Both the position numbers and the translations under genes were made by a program. Below are positions 58,961 to 64,000 of a stretch of DNA of 64,000 nt, piece after piece. Under the pieces are notes generated by a model. It made no database searches. It was not told the origin of the DNA and was given only the letters and a program-made list of their open reading frames with translations. The first letter of the stretch is position 1, and every line of letters starts with the position of its first letter. Origin of the DNA: Podarcis vaucheri (taxonomy: Eukaryota); NCBI GenBank assembly GCA_965113315.1, contig OZ220376.1. The stretch is one strand, 5' to 3'.

Positions 58961-61154
58961 GGACTGGAGTCTGCAGTGGTGAACTCAAGGGGGAATTCCT
59001 AATTAAATGAATGAAATAATTATATCACGTCGTTTAATTGCCAAACTGGCTTCTGTGAAGTTCGCAACGTGTGCTGGATTTTTGTGCTGTGCCGCAAGAC
59101 GGATTTTGAAAGATCCAAGCACGGTGAGGCTTAACAGCCAAATAAAAAAGCAGAGCGTCAGACTATCCATTCATATGCATGGAAAGGAAAATTGAATACT
59201 GTAGTTTGAAATCCCAGCGAGAACCTTGAATCGAATGGTTGCTGTTTGCAACGATGACTTGTTAATTTGAGCAAGCTAGAATTAAGAGCAGCCCCAATAA
59301 GTGTTGAAGTTTCATTTTAGTCTTGATTTCAAATAGAGTTTATATTTTCTCATCCTTTATGTTTCTCCTTTTCTGTTCTCCTGGCAATGACTTATGGCTG
59401 TAAGCAAATAAATATTTATCTTATGATAATAATGTCACGCTGACAGTCTGCCTTCTCTGCAGTTACTAAAGGTATACTGTAAAAGCCTGGTTCTGTTGCC
59501 ACCTTTCATCTGGTCACTTTCAGTAGCCAGGGGACTCACCCTCTGGGTTCAAATAGGAGCATTAGTAGCAGGATTTGTGGGGCTCTGCACAACCTGAAAT
59601 ATTGGTCTGTTAGTTTCATGCCTATATGTATTGAATGAAAGCAGGGCAGGTACATTTATAAATAAATCAATTAACATTGCATTCACACTCTGAGTCTGCA
59701 AGCTACCCAAATGTAGTTTTAAAGTTTTTTGCCTTTGTTTGTTTGTTTTCACAAAATTTACAGTTTACAAAGAGAATCAAAACAATGGAATGAATCAGTA
59801 AAAACAGTTTTAACAAACTATTTAAAACATTCACACACACAAAATTAAAATAAATGATAAGCTAATAACTATATTAAGATGCATGTCAGCATTCTACACA
59901 TGCATGCCTAAACAAAAAAGGTTTTTAGCATGTACAGAAAAGAGTATAGTGAAAGTCCCTGCCTAGTGCCCCCCCCCCAGTTAATGAGCATTGCCATTTA
60001 AATGGTGGGTGGGTGCCATGTCTTGTGATTGATTATGCAGGGTGGGGCTTACCTGACTGCCCTCCCCCCAATATTTTATTCAAGATGGCACCCCTGGTTC
60101 CCACAGTAGGAGTCAAAGCATCCCCAGTCAAGGCAGTAATGCTTCTGAATACCAGTTGCTGGAAACCATGGAAGAGGATGAATGATATTGTGTTCAAATC
60201 CTGCCTGCGGTTTTCCCACAGGCATCTGTGAGAACTGGATGCTGGACTAGCTGAGCCACTGGCCTGATCCAACAGGACTCTTCTTAAACCAGATTGTGCC
60301 ACACTGATGCCCCACCCTTCCCCACAACCCCAAATTGGTTAACAGCCCCCACGTGTTTAAAAGTGAATTCACAAAGTCAACTTGAGTTAATATTTTCTTG
60401 TTCAAGACTGATCGATAGCCTCTCTGAAGATCTATCTCGCCAGGTGTCACACTATTTGGGGCTTCTCAGGCTACAGAGCAGTCCCTTCTAAATGAGCCTT
60501 TTGTTCTGCCACTTTCCCATCAGTGCCACTGGCTTTATTCTGCTTAAAAAGGGGGGAACAGTGGGGGGACATAATAGGGCATTGTATAGGTCAAGATAAA
60601 TAGCTTATTTGTTTTGAGGGTGTTGTGAGATTGTAGGTAGGTTGCCCTTCACCCCACCTGTCAAATAGCCCTGTGAGTCTTGCGTGTGAAAAATGCCATG
60701 TAGATAAAAGTGAAGGATTTCCTTAGAGGTAGATTTGTGAATCACACAGGCTGGCACCCGCCTGTCTCAGGAGACATGGAAGCGTGCACCGCTGGGAATG
60801 AAGTCAAACTGTTGGAAGGTTACAGCGCGTGATATCAGCAAATTCCACATCACCTTTTGACACTTTAGCTTGGCTTCACGGAGGAAAGCGGTAGAGCTTC
60901 TGCTTTGCATGCAGAAGGTCTAAGGTTCAATCCTCAATAGCATCTCCAGGTAGAGCTTGGAATGTCCCCTGTCTGGAAACCTAGAGATTTGCAGGCAGGC
61001 AGTGTGGACAACACTGAGCTGAATCATCCAACAATCTGATTTGGTATAAGGCAGCTTCCTGTGCTCTGAGTAACCCTGAAGCAGCTCGCTGAGGCTGATG
61101 GGAAATGTAGTTCAGCACCACTTGAGGTTCCCCAGGTTCCGCATCCCATCCTTC

Positions 61155-61563
61155 CAGTGGCGTAGCGTGGGGGGTGCCAGGGGTGCCGGCCGCACCGGGC
61201 GCAACATTTGGGGGCGCGCGTTTGGCCGGCCCTCCTCGAGGAAGCAGGAACCCCACTGTCCTCGGACCTCCTCCGAAGGCTGGCGGTGGGGCGGAGAGAC
61301 CTCCTCCCGCCGCCAGCCTTCGGAAGGCTGCTCCGAAGCCTGGCAGTGGGGCGGAGAGACCTTCTCCCTGCGCCAGCCTTCGGATGGCTGTCCTGAAGAC
61401 TTGTGGTGGGAGCAGTGGCGTAGCGTGGGGGTGCAGGTGGGCCTGCTGCACCTGGCGCAACATCTGGGGCGCGCGGAAGAGACTCGAGTGCTAAAATCCA
61501 CGGGTTAGGGGGCGCAAATTACTTGCCTTGCCCTGGGTGCTGAGAACCCACGCTATGCCACTG
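61155..61563. mobile_element. GC-rich hAT MITE, same ends as 31753-32174 in opposite orientation, with an internal 60-bp hairpin repeat and an internal second terminus
   Basis: TIRs CAGTGGCGTAGCGTGGG / CCCACGCTATGCCACTG and an 8-bp TSD CATCCTTC (61147-61154, 61564-61571). Confidence 0.9.
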
Positions 61564-62616
61564 CATCCTTCTATGATAAGGATTCAGTTAAAGACACAAC
61601 AAAGACCCAGAATAGTTGTCACCCCCTGATCTGGAAATGGGTCTTAACAAAGGTGGGTTTAGGGCAGCATGACTGGTGCAGCCACACTGGGTGCCATGCT
61701 GCGGGGAGAGGGGCACAACAATGCTGTGGAACGGAGACAATCCTGAGCTAGAGGGACCATTGGCCCACCTCGGTATAAACCAGCTGTAGGACCCTAAGAG
61801 GTAAAGGACCAGAGACGAGCAAGATCTCATTTTGATATCTGAAATATAAAAACCAAATGCTTTCGAGAGGGTGGGTGGGAACTGCTGTTCCAAATGTGCT
61901 TATGTAGCAAAGGGGAGAAAAACACTCTGAGCATGTTCAGAGGCTCTTTTATTTTGTGGGAGGAAGGGAAACCTGCAACTTATGAAAGTGATTCTGGAAC
62001 TGAATTCCTAGTGTGTTTGTATTAGAAATAAGCACTTCCCTTAAACCAGCTTAGTCGTAACTTAAGCCAGTAGGGCAGAATCCAAGTTAAATGCAGGCAG
62101 CATGTGGATCCACAGCCCCAGGCAGACAGCCAAACCTCTGCCAAGGCATCTGACTCCCTTGATTGTGTATTTTTTTTGCGGGGGGGGGGGAGAGCGGGGA
62201 ATCCTTTGGCTCCAGCAGAACAGCTGCAGGGGGGCAGGGAACATTTAAACAGATTTTTTTCTCTGCAAAGCTGAACCCAGGCTTCCAGGGGTTTGCAGGG
62301 ATTTGTACCTCAACTGGTTTGTGTGTGTGGTTTTTGTTGTTGTTGTTGTTGTTGGTAAATGTAAAAATGAGAGTCTTTAAAGGGTCAGCCTGAGGGTGAC
62401 CCTTGTTCCTAAGGTGGGGGTGCCCTCTACTCTGGATGGGCAGTTGCAGAATCCTTGCAAAGGTGGATGCTTGGAGGCAACTTTGAGATCAGAAGCTGTT
62501 TCAGTTGGTGTCCGTTCCTCCCCATGCCCACTTGCTTTCCATTTGGTTAAAGGGATCTTTTAGCAACTTTGGCCTGATAACATAGGAACATTATTATTGC
62601 TACATAAGATGAGCCT

Positions 62617-63106
62617 ATCTTAAAAAGCAGAGACATCACCTTGCCAACAAAGGTCCGTATAGTTCCAGCTATGGTTTTCCCACTAGTGATGTATGGAAGT
62701 GCGAGCTGGACCATAAAGAAGGCTGATTGCCGAAGAATTGATGCTTTTGAATTATGGTGCTGGAGGAGATCTTGAGAGTCCCATGGACTGCAGGAAGATA
62801 AAACCTATCCATTCTTAAGGAAATCATCCCTGAGTGCTCACTGGAAGGACAGATCCTGAAGCTGAGGCTACAATACCTTGGCCACCTCATGAGAAGAGAA
62901 GACTCCTTGGAAAAGACACTGATGTTGGGAAAGATGGAGGGCACAAGGAGAAGGGGACGACAGAGGACGAGATGGTTGGACAGTGTTCTCGAAGCTACCA
63001 GCATGAGTTTGACCAAACTGCGGGAGGCAGTGGAAGACAGGAGTGCCTGGCGTGCTCTGGTCCATGGGGCCACGAAAAGTCGGACACATCTAAATGACTA
63101 AACAAC
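62617..63106 (+). mobile_element. BovB (RTE) LINE, 5'-truncated 3' fragment, inserted in a CR1 tail
   Basis: Translation includes MRREDSLEKTLMLGKMEGTRRRGRQRTRWLD (RTE ORF2 C-terminus), followed by a (CAA) tail. 11-bp TSD AAGATGAGCCT (62606-62616, 63107-63117). Confidence 0.92.
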
Positions 63107-63714
63107 AAGATGAGCCTGCTGGATTAGACCAGTGTCCCGTCTAGTCCAGCATCCTGTTCTCACAGTGGCCACCCAGATGTCTCTATGGGGAACCTGCAAG
63201 CAGGACCCAACCAAACACAAGAGCACTCTCTCCCCACTGCCAGTCATGGTAGACAAATCTGAGCAAGATGGAGCAATGAGATGACTTGCTATTGGGCAGT
63301 TTCCTGTGTTCCAACCTGTCAGTCTTTGGCTTGGAAATCTGGAGGCCCCATCAAAAGAAATCTGCAAGAAAATATCTCCAGGCAGAGGGGAAAGAGGAGG
63401 GGTGCAGTGAGCGTTTGCCTTTTCTTCAAATGGTGGATGTGACATTGGTGGAGGCAGGAGAAACGCCCTGCAAAGAGAAAGGCTGCTGAGCTGAACAGGG
63501 CGTGGGTGGGTGTGGGGAGGCAGATTGCCTAGCCAAGGAGGCAGCAGCCAGGTTCTTCTACCTGTCTCCCCCTCCCTTCCCAATACCAATTCTCCAAAAA
63601 AAGAGTAAAATTAAAATCTTAGACTGCAGGCTCTAGACCTTCGCTGTCACTTGCTTGGAAGTATATAACCTTAGAGGAGGCCCTTCCCAAAATTTAATCC
63701 CCCCACCCCACAAT

Positions 63715-64000
63715 AATGGTCATAATAACTAATAACAGAGATAATTAACAACAGGAATTGTTTTGGGCATAATTCTGTGAGAGCGTGGCATACAAATAAA
63801 CAAATGATCATTATTACCAATTATCAATAATAGCAGCGATAGTATTAACACCACTCGTTTTTGTTACTAATTTTTATTATTAATAACAATAGAAATATAA
63901 ATTAAAACCATTAGTCGTCAACAACAATAAATGGTAATAGTAATTATTAATAGAGTATTAACAGAAATAACAATTCTTAACATCATTTAATTAATAACAA
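63715..64000. repeat. AT-rich low-complexity region of degenerate AAT/AAC triplets
   Basis: Direct inspection; continues to the window end. Confidence 0.6.

Noticed and set aside
60745-60880. Possible RTE-type LINE 3' remnant or structured RNA
   Set aside because: Resemblance is from vague recall only; no TSD, tail or fold could be established.
61262-61410. CRISPR-like palindromic repeats at regular spacing
   Set aside because: Eukaryotic context, whole 60-bp units repeat with no unique spacers, and no cas genes.
60981-61508. Several overlapping 100-160 aa GC-rich ORFs (also 31848-32332)
   Set aside because: They are explained by stop-poor GC-rich MITE interiors and tandem repeats; no protein-family motif.
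58960-64000. SOX8 or another divergent gene upstream of LMF1
   Set aside because: No HMG-box or other recognisable coding exon, and no second CpG island apart from the MITE at 61155-61563.

Overview
Vertebrate genomic DNA, almost certainly from a squamate reptile and probably a lacertid lizard. The repeat content points there: Sauria SINEs, BovB, a Squam3/MIR-type SINE, CR1/L2 LINEs, and hAT and Tc1/mariner MITEs. The window holds the CpG-island promoter and coding exons 1-4 of LMF1 (lipase maturation factor 1) on the minus strand: 58746-58569, 54269-53960, an 11-nt microexon at 41845-41835, and 15740-15592. These splice in frame through GT-AG introns of about 4.3, 12.1 and 26.1 kb. Exon 5 onward was not found and presumably lies left of position 1. 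The rest is intronic or upstream DNA rich in transposons, with several TE-free, motif-dense blocks that may be enhancers (LMF1 is head-to-head with SOX8 in mammals). Best second-look items: (1) an inverted Penelope-type insertion carrying a minimal hammerhead ribozyme; (2) an old duplicate of the LMF1 exon-2 splice acceptor that could define an in-phase 238-nt alternative or poison exon; (3) a hAT MITE family with conserved ends but unrelated GC-rich cargo; (4) three independent hAT insertions into the same short segment of one tRNA-SINE family; (5) the AG|GT recursive-splice-like microexon; (6) a Pbx-Hox/Meis motif cluster. Repeat family names are from recall of consensus sequences, not from a database search. 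Nearly all other ORFs in the supplied track are noise or TE remnants.
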